DNA of 63,479 nt, counting the filler, from Octopus bimaculoides (taxonomy: Eukaryota): the NCBI RefSeq assembly GCF_001194135.2. It is 5 parts of 5 records of this genome, joined end to end, with 100 filler letters (N's around TTAATTAATTAA, not from the genome) between each part and the next. Parts side by side here need not be neighbours in the genome. Positions count along the whole stretch, not along the records: positions 45,165 to 51,878 come from NC_069009.1; positions 51,979 to 57,062 come from NW_026351797.1; positions 57,163 to 63,479 come from NC_069000.1; 2 more parts are not named here. One strand, 5' to 3'. The position numbers were made by a program, and so were the translations under genes. How positions within the stretch are numbered: position 1 is the first letter of the stretch; the number at the start of each line of letters is the position of its first letter. The notes beneath the pieces were generated by a model that saw nothing but the letters and a program-made list of their open reading frames with translations, had not been told where the DNA came from and did no database searches. This document shows, piece after piece, positions 50,098 to 63,479 of this stretch.

Positions 50098-50779
50098 ATA
50101 TATATTTATATATATGTATGTGTGTATATATATATATACGTGTGTGTGTGTGTGTGAATACATATATTCTTTTATTCTTTTACTTGTTTCAGTCATTTGA
50201 CTGCGGCCATCCTGGAGTATCACCTTCAGTCGAACAAATCAACCCCAGGACTTATTCTTTGTAAGCCTAGTACTTATTCCATTGGTGTCTTTTGCTGAGC
50301 CGGTAAGTTACGAGGATGTAAACACACCAACACCGGTGGTAACGCGATGGTGGGGGACAAACACAGANNNNNNNNNNNNNNNNNNNNNNNNNNNNNNNNN
50401 NNNNNNNNNNNNNNNNNNNNNNNNNNNNNNNNNNNNNNNNNNNNNNNNNNNNNNNNNNNNNNNNNNNNNNNNNNNNNNNNNNNNNNNNNNNNNNNNNNNN
50501 NNNNNNNNNNNNNNNNNNNNNNNNNNNNNNNNNNNNNNNNNNNNNNNNNNNNNNNNNNNNNNNNNNNNNNNNNNNNNNNNNNNNNNNNNNNNNNNNNNNN
50601 NNNNNNNNNNNNNNNNNNNNNNNNNNNNNNNNNNNNNNNNNNNNNNNNNNNNNNNNNNNNNNNNNNNNNNNNNNNNNNNNNNNNNNNNNNNNNNNNNNNN
50701 NNNNNNNNNNNNNNNNNNNNNNNNNNNNNNNNNNNNNNNNNNNNNNNNNNNNNNNNNNNNNNNNNNNNNNNNNNNNNNN

Positions 50780-50821
<42 letters not shown>

Positions 50822-51555
50822 GAGGATCTTCTTTCAGTTTCTGTCCACTAAATCTGCTCACAAGGCTTGTGAACCCAACCAACTAAGGGATAGTACCTAT
50901 CCAATCTACAGCTGGTTGTGTACTCAACCATTAATAATACTCAAGGGCTGGTTATTGCAAGGCAATTACACAGTCGAGTGCAATAAATGGCCGGGGCTAA
51001 AAAGTGGTTTACCCTTAATTTATACACCAAAAATAAATGGAGGCGATACAGAAATGACATTCATCAACCGGTAGACCTTCTATTATGTCTATTTATTAGT
51101 CTAAAACATTTATAAGAATACGTACATATGTAAAGACTGTGTGATGCACATATATGCACTGATAATGCATAAAATTACTAGTGCATATATGTGTAACACA
51201 CACACACACATATATATTTATATATATTATAAGCATATACAGTTCTGTTACTCTTTTATGTTTCAACTCCCAAGGCTGTGTCCATACTGGAGCCAATATA
51301 CATACATTTTACATGCGTACCTTTATAAATGGGCCCCAGGAGCGGGAGAGGTGTTTAATAAAAATTCGCAAGAGTCGACTTTGTTTACTCGTAATTTTCA
51401 GAAAAATGCATAAATTCTTATGAACATTTCTAGTAATACATTTCAGAATTTAATATAAGTAATAAAAACAAGATTAAAAAGTTGGTTGGTGCAAAACACA
51501 CACATCGCAATTCACATTATATATACAAGAACACATTTTGTGTGTGTGTGTGCAT

Positions 51556-51878
51556 CACATGAAATGTTTTGAGCGGGACGGGATCGTTGCCAGTGCCCCT
51601 GGACTGGCTCATGTACGGGCGACACATGAAATCTTTCGAGCAGGATCATTGCCAGTGCCCCTGGATTGGCTCATGTGCGGGCAACACATGAAATCTTCCG
51701 AGCGGGATCGTTGCCGGTGCCCCTCGGCTGGCTCTTGTGCGGGTGACACATGAAATTTCTTCGAGCGAGATCGTTGCCGGTGCCCCTGAACTGGCTCTTG
51801 TCTGGGGTTGTTGTAGGATTTTCGAGCGAGATCGTTGCTGGTGCCCCTGGACTGGCTCTTGTGCAGGTGACACATGAG
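51556..51878 (+). repeat. 62-bp minisatellite, about 5 units, running into a gap
   Basis: The cacatgaaat..ttcgagcgggatcgttgccagtgcccctggactggctc unit starts at 51556, 51623, 51685, 51747, ~51809 and 51871. Confidence 0.9.
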
Positions 51879-52424
51879 NNNNNNNNNNNNNNNNNNNNNN
51901 NNNNNNNNNNNNNNNNNNNNNNTTAATTAATTAANNNNNNNNNNNNNNNNNNNNNNNNNNNNNNNNNNNNNNNNNNNNCTTAGATTTGATCTTCACCTTA
52001 GTTTTCATTCGTATTATTTTTAGTTTATGTGTCTCTCAAAGTTGTTTTGTCACACATTCTGTGACTCCATTAGTGATTGGCTGTTCCAGTGACTCTCTGT
52101 CCCAGTGTCTTCTCTTGTCCTGCTTACTCCATTTTCCATTGTCGTATATACATGTGTGTGTGTATGTGTGTATGTGTGTATGTGTGTTTGCGTGTGTGTG
52201 AGGGAGTGTGTGTGTGTGGGTAATCAGGTAAACCTAACATTATCAAAACGTATTATTTGTTATTAAACATGGGCTAATTTCTTGTTTGTCGCTCCATTCA
52301 TATTTCTGCATTGTCACGTAGGTTCGCGTTAAGTATGACATTTTGACCATAAATCTCTACTTGAGTGCACTGAAAAAACTTTGTGAACATAATTTTTCAA
52401 TCTAATATGTATTTCATACACACC

Positions 52425-52473
<49 letters not shown>

Positions 52474-52540
52474 ATATACGGGGACGTAAACAAACCAGCA
52501 AGGGTTGTCAAGCAGTGGTAGGGGACACATACAGATAGAA

Positions 52541-52571
<31 letters not shown>

Positions 52572-53028
52572 NNNNNNNNNNNNNNNNNNNNNNNNNNNNN
52601 NNNNNNNNNNNNNNNNNNNNNNNNNNNNNNNNNNNNNNNNNNNNNNNNNNNNNNNNNNNNNNNNNNNNNNNNNNNNNNNNNNNNNNNNNNNNNNNNNNNN
52701 NNNNNNNNNNNNNNNNNNNNNNNNNNNNNNNNNNNNNNNNNNNNNNNNNNNNNNNNNNNNNNNNNNNNNNNNNNNNNNNNNNNNNNNNNNNNNNNNNNNN
52801 NNNNNNNNNNNNNNNNNNNNNNNNNNNNNNNNNNNNNNNNNNNNNNNNNNNNNNNNNNNNNNNNNNNNNNNNNNNNNNNNNNNNNNNNAAAGAAGTTCTT
52901 CAAGGCCCTGCCCTAGCATGACCGCAGTTTGATGGCTGAAACAAGTAAAATAAACATAAAAGTTATATACACACATATACATATTCATATGTATGTATGT
53001 ATGGATGGATGGATGGATGGATGGATGG

Positions 53029-53104
<76 letters not shown>

Positions 53105-53989
53105 GATTTATGAATCAGGATTTATAAAAACGATTTCTAAACAGATTTGTTCGGTAGCAAATCAAATCAGCCAACGATAAAGACGGTATCAACAAGGAAG
53201 CATATGCGTAGTCGCTTGATCTTTGAGACAAAAAAAAAACTTCCTAAAATAATACTCAACTATACTGGAAAAGAGGTATACATTAGGTAATGTAATTTTT
53301 TTTGGTGGTGGTGGTGGGGGAATGATGGAAAGTCATTACGGGAACTGCTTTGATCATGACTGTTCTCTGTTAGGGCTGCTCTGGGGTTCAACAACAATAG
53401 AACATCAACAGTAAGAACGGAAAAACAAAATAGAAATGTATTTTAGATATGTAAAATAAAATAAGGTGGGATGTTATGAGGAGAAGTAGATCTGACGTTT
53501 CAGAGCTGAGCCCTTTTACAAATTCCATTAATGCTTTTGTCCTTGCAGACCATTACACATTTCCTCCATTTCCTCGGACATTAAATTTTTGATGTTATTA
53601 TTGCGGCGAGCAGGCAAAATTGTTAATGTGCCGGACAAATTGCTTAGCGGCATTTCGCCTGTTTTTACATTCTGAGTTCAAAGTCCGCCGAGGTCTACTT
53701 TGCCTTTCATCCTTTCAGAGTCAACAAAATAAGTACCGGTTGAGCATAGTGTGTATAGTTGGTATCGTATGTCGGACATCGTATGTATAGCTGGTAAGAT
53801 TATTCTGCTTTTGATTAATTTATTATGAATATGCTTCATCGTCTGCTTTATTGATAGACATTTTTTTCCAAACATTCTTCCTTTGAAATATAAAGAATTC
53901 GCAGAATCGGTACACAGACGGTGATGAAATAATCACCTGTCAACTACTTCAGTCTAATTGAGTGCTTCATTTCTTCCAAATATACGGCC

Positions 53990-54056
<67 letters not shown>

Positions 54057-55389
54057 CATCATCATTAAGGTAAAAAAAGAAGCAGTGGTTGATTGGCAGC
54101 ATTAGCAGTGCGTCGGACAAAATGCCTTTTGGTGTTAGTTCTGGCTCTTTACATTCTAAATTCATTTCCCGTAGTTGTTAATTTTGCCTTTCATTATTCT
54201 AAAGTCAAAAATGTAAAGTATCACTCAAGTATTGTGGTCGATATAATCAACCATTCCCTACTGCCCCAATATCTGGTTTTCTGCTTATGTCAGCGATGAT
54301 TATTGCTGAAGTAAAAGATGACAGAACTGGCAAAATGTCGGACAAAAAAAATATAGTCTCTTTACGCTCTGAATTCTAAGCCGTGGTGGACTTAAACCCT
54401 TCCTCTTTCAGGGATCAGTAAATATCAATGAAATACTGGACTTGACGAAAATGGCTCTCCGTTGGCTATGAAGAGGAGGATTCCAGTTGATCCGATTAAT
54501 GGAACAGCCTGCTCGTGAAATTAACGTGCAAGTGGCTGAGCACTTCACAGACACACATACTCTTGATATAGTTTTCAGGGAGATTCAGCGTGACACAGAA
54601 TGTAACAAGGTCGACCCTTTGAAATACAGGTACTACTAATTTTTGCCAGCTGAATGAACTGGAGCAAAGTGAAATAAAGTGTCTTGCTCAAGAACACAAC
54701 ACGCCGCCGTGAATCGAACTCACTACCTTACGAGCATGAGTCAATTGCTCTAACTATTATGCCACGCACCTTCACTGGATTTGATATCACCGACTACTTT
54801 CGTCATCCCCTACCCCAGCAAAATTTCTGGAGTTGTGCTTTTACTAGAATTCGTTAGACTCGGTAGATTATCAGACAAATATTATTTAATTACATCCCTT
54901 TAGGTCTTGCTCTGTTACCTAAGAGATTGATTTTGACGATTACCCTTTAGGGAACGATGAAATGCAGTACATTTCATTAAGGGGGCAGACTTGAATACGT
55001 GGTTGTGACAGAAGTTTGCAATCTATGATTCAATACTCGGTTCCACTGCACCATATCTTAGGTAAGTGTCATCCACTGCAATTTAATATCGCAACTTCAT
55101 TACTTCGTTGTGTGAAGTTTATGACGTTTATGATATTAGCATGAGAACCAGAAAAATAAAACCAAAGGCGTGAGCTTGAAGAAGCCGCTTTCGCACGTGT
55201 CCTTCTCAAAGGTTGCTAAATGAAAGCACATAAGAGCACACGTTTCCTTTAAACATTCATTTCACATTTCAAATAAATAAATAAATAAGAATATACAGAC
55301 AAGAGATATTCAAAAGAAAACCAGGCTTAGCTCACCTGTTGATTATCGGAAACGAGTAACTCTGAATACTGGAAATCAGAGCCTTTCGG

Positions 55390-55428
<39 letters not shown>

Positions 55429-56475
55429 GCATACATACCTCGCTCAGAGATTTATTATATATACATACATACATACATGCATACATGCATANNNNNNNNN
55501 NNNNNNNNNNNNNNNNNNNNNNNNNNNNNNNNNNNNNNNNNNNNNNNNNNNNNNNNNNNNNNNNNNNNNNNNNNNNNNNNNNNNNNNNNNNNNNNNNNNN
55601 NNNNNNNNNNNNNNNNNNNNNNNNNNNNNNNNNNNNNNNNNNNNNNNNNNNNNNNNNNNNNNNNNNNNNNNNNNNNNNNNNNNNNNNNNNNNNNNNNNNN
55701 NNNNNNNNNNNNNNNNNNNNNNNNNNNNNNNNNNNNNNNNNNNNNNNNNNNNNNNNNNNNNNNNNNNNNNNNNNNNNNNNNNNNNNNNNNNNNNNNNNNN
55801 NNNNNNNNNNNNNNNNNNNNNNNNNNNNNNNNNNNNNNNNNNNNNNNNNNNNNNNNNNNNNNNNNNNNNNNNNNNNNNNNNNNNNNNNNNNNNNNNNNNN
55901 NNNNNNNNNNNNNNNNNNNNNNNNNNNNNNNNNNNNNNNNNNNNNNNNNNNNNNNNNNNNNNNNNNNNNNNNNNNNNNNNNNNNNNNNNNNNNNNNNNNN
56001 NNNNNNNNNNNNNNNNNNNNNNNNNNNNNNNNNNNNNNNNNNNNNNNNNNNNNNNNNNNNNNNNNNNNNNNNNNNNNNNNNNNNNNNNNNNNNNNNNNNN
56101 NNNNNNNNNNNNNNNNNNNNNNNNNNNNNNNNNNNNNNNNNNNNNNNNNNNNNNNNNNNNNNNNNNNNNNNNNNNNNNNNNNNNNNNNNNNNNNNNNNNN
56201 NNNNNNNNNNNNNNNNNNNNNNNNNNNNNNNNNNNNNNNNNNNNNNNNNNNNNNNNNNNNNATAGATATATTGAGAAAAAAGTCGTCGAAATTTTTGGAA
56301 AAAAATCTTTTTATTTCTTCATTATTATTAGCGCTTTCGTTCGTTTCTCGAACTCGTCAAATAAAATTTTGTGAATGTACAAACAGCTTGCTCATTTATA
56401 TAAAAGAGATGTTTTTTGGGTTTTTTTTTTTTTTGGTGGGGTGAGGTCCATGACAATGGTGATGGATAAATAGAA

Positions 56476-56506
<31 letters not shown>

Positions 56507-57625
56507 TGGATAGACAGACAGATAGGTAGAAAGAGAGAGAGAGAGAGAATAGGGCGATCGCGCTTCCTATTCACCATTCATTTATTTATTTAGTTATTTA
56601 CCGTTGTATTGGAATGGGTTTAAGGACGGTGACCTCTTCAAAAGAAGAAAAAAAAGACAGGTGCGGTCTCATCACTGGAAGCCTTTTTGCTTTCTTTCAC
56701 TCTTCTTTCCTTCTTTTTTACCTCTTTCTTTTTCTCCTCTTTGGATTATTTCGAATACAAAATGTATCGTTTCCTCTTTTATAAACATTCAATTTTCCAA
56801 AATTCTGACAACTTTTTTTGTCAATATTCAATTTCTGTACATCACACCTAACACTCTAGATACACACACACACACACACGCATATATATATGAGTATATA
56901 TGTATATATCAGCATTCAATATAACCCACAACACCTTTGAACAAGACAACCTTGGAGCGAACAAAATGAGATCGTCATGTCAAAATGGTGTAAGTGATTT
57001 TGTTTCAACCAGAGTTAGCAAGTGAAAGGGTTCAAGGTAAAGAAGAAAAACAGCTGCAAATANNNNNNNNNNNNNNNNNNNNNNNNNNNNNNNNNNNNNN
57101 NNNNNNTTAATTAATTAANNNNNNNNNNNNNNNNNNNNNNNNNNNNNNNNNNNNNNNNNNNNTATATATATATATATATATATATATCTGTGTGTGTCTC
57201 TGTCTGGATTTGTCTCCCCCAATCACCGCTTGAAAACCGGTGCTGCTGTGTTTATATCAACCAGTTTTGCAAAAGAAACCGATAGAATAAGTACTAGGTT
57301 TTAAAAATAAGTCCTGGGGTCGGTTGTTCGACTAAAACCATTCAAAGCACTGCTTCCTCATGGGCGCAGTCAAATGACTGAAACAAGTAAAAGAATAATG
57401 GAATATACATACATAGATATACATATATATATATATATATACATAATGCATACATATACATACATACATACATACATACATATACTGCATACATATTGTG
57501 CTTAGCTGCTTATATTAATTTCTAATACACACATTAGCGTTTCGCTAAATCAGCCATAAATTTGTATTGTAATATATGTACTGACAGATCGATTTAGCCA
57601 AACCATCCTAGCAATAGTGTAGGCA

Positions 57626-57665
57626 CTGCTGATGAGTTTACCGCTAAAAGACGAAGCCGGCCTAG
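57626..57665 (+). ncRNA. Hammerhead-like motif with G15.1-C16.1 swap
   Basis: ctg-CTGATGA-GTTT(accgctaaa)AGAC-GAAG-CCGG-CC-tag: canonical CUGAUGA core, 4-bp helix II, palindromic GCCGGC helix III, 3-bp helix I. Confidence 0.35.
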
Positions 57666-58009
57666 ACCATTTCTCATGGGGTGGTCACCTCCTCTGTCGG
57701 TGTATATATAGTGTGCACCTCATGCAGTATTAAGGGTTTTAACTCTTATTTCTAGCAATATAAGTGCTATTTATCATACACATACACATGCACACTCACT
57801 CCAACCCTCACGCACACACGCATATACACGCACAGATACACACACGTGTATATATCGTCTGTGCAAAATGATGTATACGCGCTCTAACAGCTGTTAACTC
57901 AATTTTCGTTTCTTTAAATTGACCCCATTACAAATAAGGGATTCAGACAAAACTATCTTAGAAAATTTTTATTACAGAGCTTCTGGAGGTTTAAAATTGC
58001 AGTCGAATG

Positions 58010-58930
58010 GCAAAAGACAATTTAGGAGGGAGTTTCAAACCGACAAACCTACGCGACTTGCCGTCACTCGTATTACATATAAATTTGAAATAAATGGAAC
58101 TGTTAAGAACATCTATAAGAAAAGCTTCGGAAGATCGCAAACGTCAAGGAAACCCACGAAAACAAAGTTTACTAATAACATATAATCAATATTTAAGAAA
58201 ATCTGTGCAGCAAGCAAGTTGTAAGATAGGAATTGCAGAATCAAGTGTCTATCACATTTTGAAGCGCTGTCAATGGATAAGTTGCATTCTAAGAATAGCC
58301 CATGTTCTTAATGAAGATAATTCGGTCCGAAAAATAGACGTTTCTGCGTGATGTTTGACACGATGTGTACAAGATGAATAATTTCCAATGAAGATTATTA
58401 AGAATGGTGAGATAAATGGTTCAGTTAACCACCGCAATTTAAACTACAGGGGACATGAGAATTTGTATATTACGTAAGTACATCTTATTAATTCACCAGG
58501 AGTTATTGTCTGTTGCAGCTTATCATCCGAAGATTAATTGACCCATACTTTTTGACAGTTCTGTGAATGGTTCCATTTACTTGTCGTTGCTGCAACAAGC
58601 TGTCATGCCAAGAATTGAATAGGACTTTGAAGATGTGGAGATTTATTTCCAGCAAGATGCTACCACCATACTTCCTACTCTAAAGAACTTTTCCCTAACA
58701 GTGGATTGGACGAGAATGTTCAATAGAGTACCTTCCGGATTCATGGGACGTCAACTCACTAGACATATTTTTATGGAGTTACTTAAACTATAAAGTTTAC
58801 TATAAAAACCGGCATCAGTCAAGGAAACGAGAGCAGCTATTGGACGATAATGCGCGCAAACACCAAATGAAATGTTCCTGTTATTTGTGATTCTATTGCA
58901 AAATTTAACACTGCGTAGTATTATGTCCGA
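58010..58930 (+). mobile_element. Decayed Tc1/mariner-superfamily transposase with N-terminal HTH
   Basis: QFRREFQTDKPTRLAVTRITYKFEINGTVKN...GRSQTS, SVQQASCKIGIAESSVYHILKRCQW and YLSLLQQAVMP...EIYFQQDA segments, with several stops and frameshifts. TIRs not resolved. Confidence 0.75.
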
Positions 58931-60753
58931 CATGATTATGATTCAGCCAATCTCTCACCTTGCAGAAGGCCAACGATTCTAGACGAAGGGAATCAGTCAA
59001 TACTATCGATTTCATTACAAGTTAATACCTTGACCCCGGTGGTGAAAGGATGAAAAGCAATGTTGACAACTGCGGCGTTTGTACTAAGTACATGAAGAGC
59101 CATAACAAATACGGCCTGTATCCCCTGTTCTAACAATTCTGCTAATTCAGACTTTTATTTGTTACTGGGGCGATAAATGGGGGACATTACAAAGATGAGT
59201 TTCAAAGCAATTGTATTTTGTCTTTTCGTCTTTTAACGAGTAAAATAAGAAAACAAAGAAAAATAGTAATTAAATACAAAGGAATCATATACTCTCATAG
59301 AAGTATTCGTGTATATATCTTTGAAAATGGGAATTAGCTACCTCGCTAAATTAAGAGGCGCAATAAATCCCCAAGTCATCTTCAACACTGAATCAAGTGC
59401 CTTTTCTCTATTAAAGTTGCACACACAAACTAAAATGTGAAACAATCTAGCCATACTAAACTTGCCATTTTTATTCATCATTCAGCCAGCTCACCTTCGT
59501 GTAGCACTCTAAGCTCTCTTCAAGTGGCACTTAAGAAAGCCATCAACCTGCCCTTCATTGTCAAAACACGCTTCACCTGATAGCAAATCTACGATGAAAT
59601 CTTTCCGATGACCTCGTTTAAATGAGATGGCACAGAAGTTACGTAGAACTCTATGAGTCAGCAATGTTTGGACACTGAACAAGTGTACAAAGCTTTCCAT
59701 TTCTTCTCGCTCATCTCTGACACGCCCGGCTGGTAGCACTACCAGTCCAAAGATATTTAGAAGGTGTTTATAGTCGCCGATGCGAAAGTCGCCCAATTGA
59801 TCTTTATCGATACCCACACTGTCACCCAGTTACACCTTAAACGTTGAACAAATGCAGTTGTTAACGTTCCTCCAGTCGCATCGCCCAGCTGATACAAGAC
59901 TCCGATCATCTAATGTCATTTCAGTTGGCAATCCCCCAACCTTTTTCTACGCTAGACCCATAAATTCAGCTTGATGAAAGACGTGACTAAGTAACGACGA
60001 CCACACATACTGACCATAATGCGAACATATTTAGGTATTGCACAGCGTAGGTACTATCTGCTCATCATCGGCTATAACATCTCAGAACCCCCTAGTAGTT
60101 GCTAAAATAACCAAAATCCTAGAACTTACATATGTACACATATAGGAAATAACACGGTCAGACACAGCAAACATATTGCTTAGACTATTCTTAATACGAT
60201 AGAACTGAAAAGTAAAACAAAACTGCGTTAATGAAAACAAAAAATAATAATGATGATGATGTTAAGCTTTAAAGTCTTGTAAATATCTAGTCTTTCCCAT
60301 TCTCAGTATATTATGTCTGGTGTGGAATGTTAACTTGAAAGAAATAATTTTTGTTGAGATAGATATTCGTTTTAAACATAAGAAAAATATAAAATCTGTT
60401 GAGAGAGGCGAGAGATTTTTACCGAAAAATACCATAAATTTAGACAGGACGTTAATATAAACCAAACAACTAATCAAACTGCTTTCTTTCTACGCAAGCA
60501 CACACACTTTATATGTATTTCTTATTCTGTGTAGGGGGTGTTTGTGTGTGCGCGTGCGCATGTGCGTGTGTGTGTGTTTGTGCGAGTCTGTGCGTGTGGG
60601 CGTGTGTGTGTATTTGTATAGTGAGGAATTTTGACGAGTATTTACCACCTACGTTGCATCATTCGCAGGCAGACACACACACACACACATCCACACACAC
60701 GAGCAAACACACAGACACATATGCATAAGTTTATATCTAGTTAGTTAGTTAGT

Positions 60754-60785
<32 letters not shown>

Positions 60786-60798
60786 CAGATAGATAGAG

Positions 60799-60852
<54 letters not shown>

Positions 60853-61019
60853 TTAGATAGATACACTCACGCATGTATATATGTATGCATGTGCTGTGTG
60901 TATATATGTAGTTGCGTAAGTAAACATAATGGTGTGAGAATGTGTGTGCGTGGCGTGTGAGCTTCAGCAGCAACACCAATGTCCAGTGCATGAAATAAGT
61001 AATGTGTGTATACGAACAA

Positions 61020-61063
<44 letters not shown>

Positions 61064-61357
61064 NNNNNNNNNNNNNNNNNNNNNNNNNNNNNNNNNNNNN
61101 NNNNNNNNNNNNNNNNNNNNNNNNNNNNNNNNNNNNNNNNNNNNNNNNNNNNNNNNNNNNNNNNNNNNNNNNNNNNNNNNNNNNNNNNNNNNNNNNNNNN
61201 NNNNNNNNNNNNNNNNNNNNNNNNNNNNNNNNNNNNNNNNNNNNNNNNNNNNNNNNNNNNNNNNNNNNNNNNNNNNNNNNNNNNNNNNNNNNNNNNNNNN
61301 NNNNNNNNNNNNNNNNNNNNNNNNNNNNNNNNNNNNNNNNNNNNNNNNNNNNNNNNN

Positions 61358-61415
<58 letters not shown>

Positions 61416-62525
61416 ACGCAGTGGGACTGAACCTAGAACCATGTGGTTGGGAAGCGAGCTTCTTAGCATACAACACCTGCAACTTTGATTAGATTTGTTG
61501 GTCAATACATGCCAAAATTAATTGTACTTGAATACAGATGACTTTTCGATTTTTGTAATGGTAAGGATAGCTGAGAAAAGGGATGCGATAGGGGTTACAT
61601 TAACCTGGTTCTTTGTCTAGCTGAAACCATTGGAAAATTACTTGAACGTGATATCTGGGGCGTCAGAGCACAAAGCAATGGTTTTCTTAATATAAAGAAA
61701 CCTGTCATTCTTCGAATTAAGCTTTAGAACCCCACCTGTCTGCGAAATGCAGTTTGAAATAGATCAGTTGGCTGTCTGAGATTGAACACATGTCTACAGC
61801 CTGTGACAAAGTTGTATTGAGACTTGGAGGATTGATTACAAGATATCAATAGCAAGATGGATGCAGAAAAAACAGTCACCGACACGAAATCAAAAGTCCA
61901 AAGCGTTATGGAATATGTCTGCCCATGTTTGGTGAATGCCTCACTTATAGTCTTAGTCAAAACAAAAAAAAATTCGCATTATAACAACAGTTCATGACAC
62001 TGATGTCATAAAATTGCGCACGACATCAGCGTCATGAGCTGTTGCTATGATGTTCCTGCATGAAGATTCCATAAATGCCCACAAGCCATAGCTCATAAGA
62101 ACTTGAAGCAATGCTTCCAATGTACAACGGAAAGTTATCATGAATGCCTCATGCCTTTCTCAAAACCTTATTCCATCAGCAATTTTGGTGTATGCATACA
62201 CATATATATAGATAAATACAAACATATATGCATATGTATGTATGTGTGTGTATGTATATATAAGATATACCTATAAATGTAAATACATAAATACACATAT
62301 ATACAAACGTTTACATATAATATGTGTATGTGTGTGAGTGTGTAGTAGTGTGTATGTGTGTGAGTGTGCGTGTGTGTGTGCGTATGGTTCATTTATAAAG
62401 AAAAAGAAAATACTTCGCCTTCGTAATAAGTTCTCAAGCTTCATTTACAAAGCTATTTATTTACAAAGACTATCCATATGCATAGATACTTGAGTATATT
62501 TGAAAGTTTATACATACACATACAC

Positions 62526-62560
<35 letters not shown>

Positions 62561-63015
62561 TATGTAATATTTTTCATGTGTGTTTGCGCCTGGGTTATTT
62601 TCATGCTGCATTCTGCGTAAGCGTGCGTGTGCGTATGTATATGTATGTATCTGTAGTTGTGTGCATGTATGTGAGTGTGTATGTATGTACGAATGTGTGT
62701 TCGAGTTCTGTCTATATGTGTTTAATACCTTAAATACTTGATGTAGTGTCACCATTAGTCATCTACGAGCCGATGGATATTTTTGTTTTTTAACGAAGAC
62801 GTCATATATTTTTGTACAATTCAACTGACATGGCGGCGGTGATCGACCGCTGATAATGTTTACTTTTGCTGGTTTTCTTTTATGTTTTGTTTTGCTTTGG
62901 AGGGATTTTTTTTTTTTGTCTTTATCCCCTTCCGTTGAAATTGATACACATTATCTAAATAAATTCCCTAAAAAAATATATATCAAGGAAGTATTACAGT
63001 TATAACATTATAATA

Positions 63016-63050
<35 letters not shown>

Positions 63051-63448
63051 CAACAACTACTACAACAGTAGTACCAGCAGCAACAAAAGCAGTTACAACA
63101 CCAACAATAATGATAATAAAATGGTGAAGAACGACAGAGTGAAAACATTTGTAGTTAATAAAATAAATTTTCGTGCACAGTTTACTATGAAATTCTATAA
63201 TTTCGTTCCTGGAATTTTTTCTTAACAGTCTGTCACATCAATTTATGAAATTTATGATGTCAAAATATTCTTTACTTTTTTATAATTTTATTTTAATTTT
63301 TTTTCTTTCCGGTCTTTCTGGTTTTCTTTTTTCTTCTTTTTTTAGTTTTTATCTTATCTTATTTTCATTCGCAGACTTTTGTTTATTTGTTTACACTTTA
63401 GGAGCATGTATGCGTAATCCAAATACATACATATACATATACATACAT

Positions 63449-63479
<31 letters not shown>

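Noticed and set aside
51556-51878. CRISPR-like array
   Set aside because: The units are contiguous with no unique spacers, the context is eukaryotic, and there are no cas genes.
62828-62853. acATGGCGGCGG start / YY1-like motif
   Set aside because: The ORF stops after 7 codons, there is no donor nearby and there is little CpG enrichment; not enough to call a promoter.

Overview
AT-rich, microsatellite-saturated, gap-riddled eukaryotic genomic DNA. The interspersed repeat families and the repeat landscape look like Octopus or another coleoid cephalopod (inference). Four identical 100-nt spacers (44 N + TTAATTAATTAA + 44 N) split the window into five blocks that may not be truly contiguous. The one clearly identifiable gene is a minus-strand DLST (2-oxoglutarate dehydrogenase E2). 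Five in-phase exons (29174 to 22878) encode the lipoyl domain, a long Pro/Ala linker and the start of the catalytic domain; one intron has a GC donor, and the 3' exons are missing beyond a spacer. Also present: an orphan ankyrin-repeat exon, a full-length CpG-decayed 5S rRNA copy, many tRNA-headed SINEs, and relics of mariner, Tc1-like, Chapaev3-like, piggyBac-MITE, R4/Dong-like and RTE-like elements. The most striking unexplained structure is a ~630-bp foldback (19812-20441). Each arm carries a minimal type I hammerhead-ribozyme-like motif with a palindromic helix III, and the two arms show compensatory changes at the 3-8 core pair and in an adjacent hairpin. Two other hammerhead-like repeat types occur elsewhere. 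Nearly all ORFs in the supplied track are microsatellite or N-gap artefacts.
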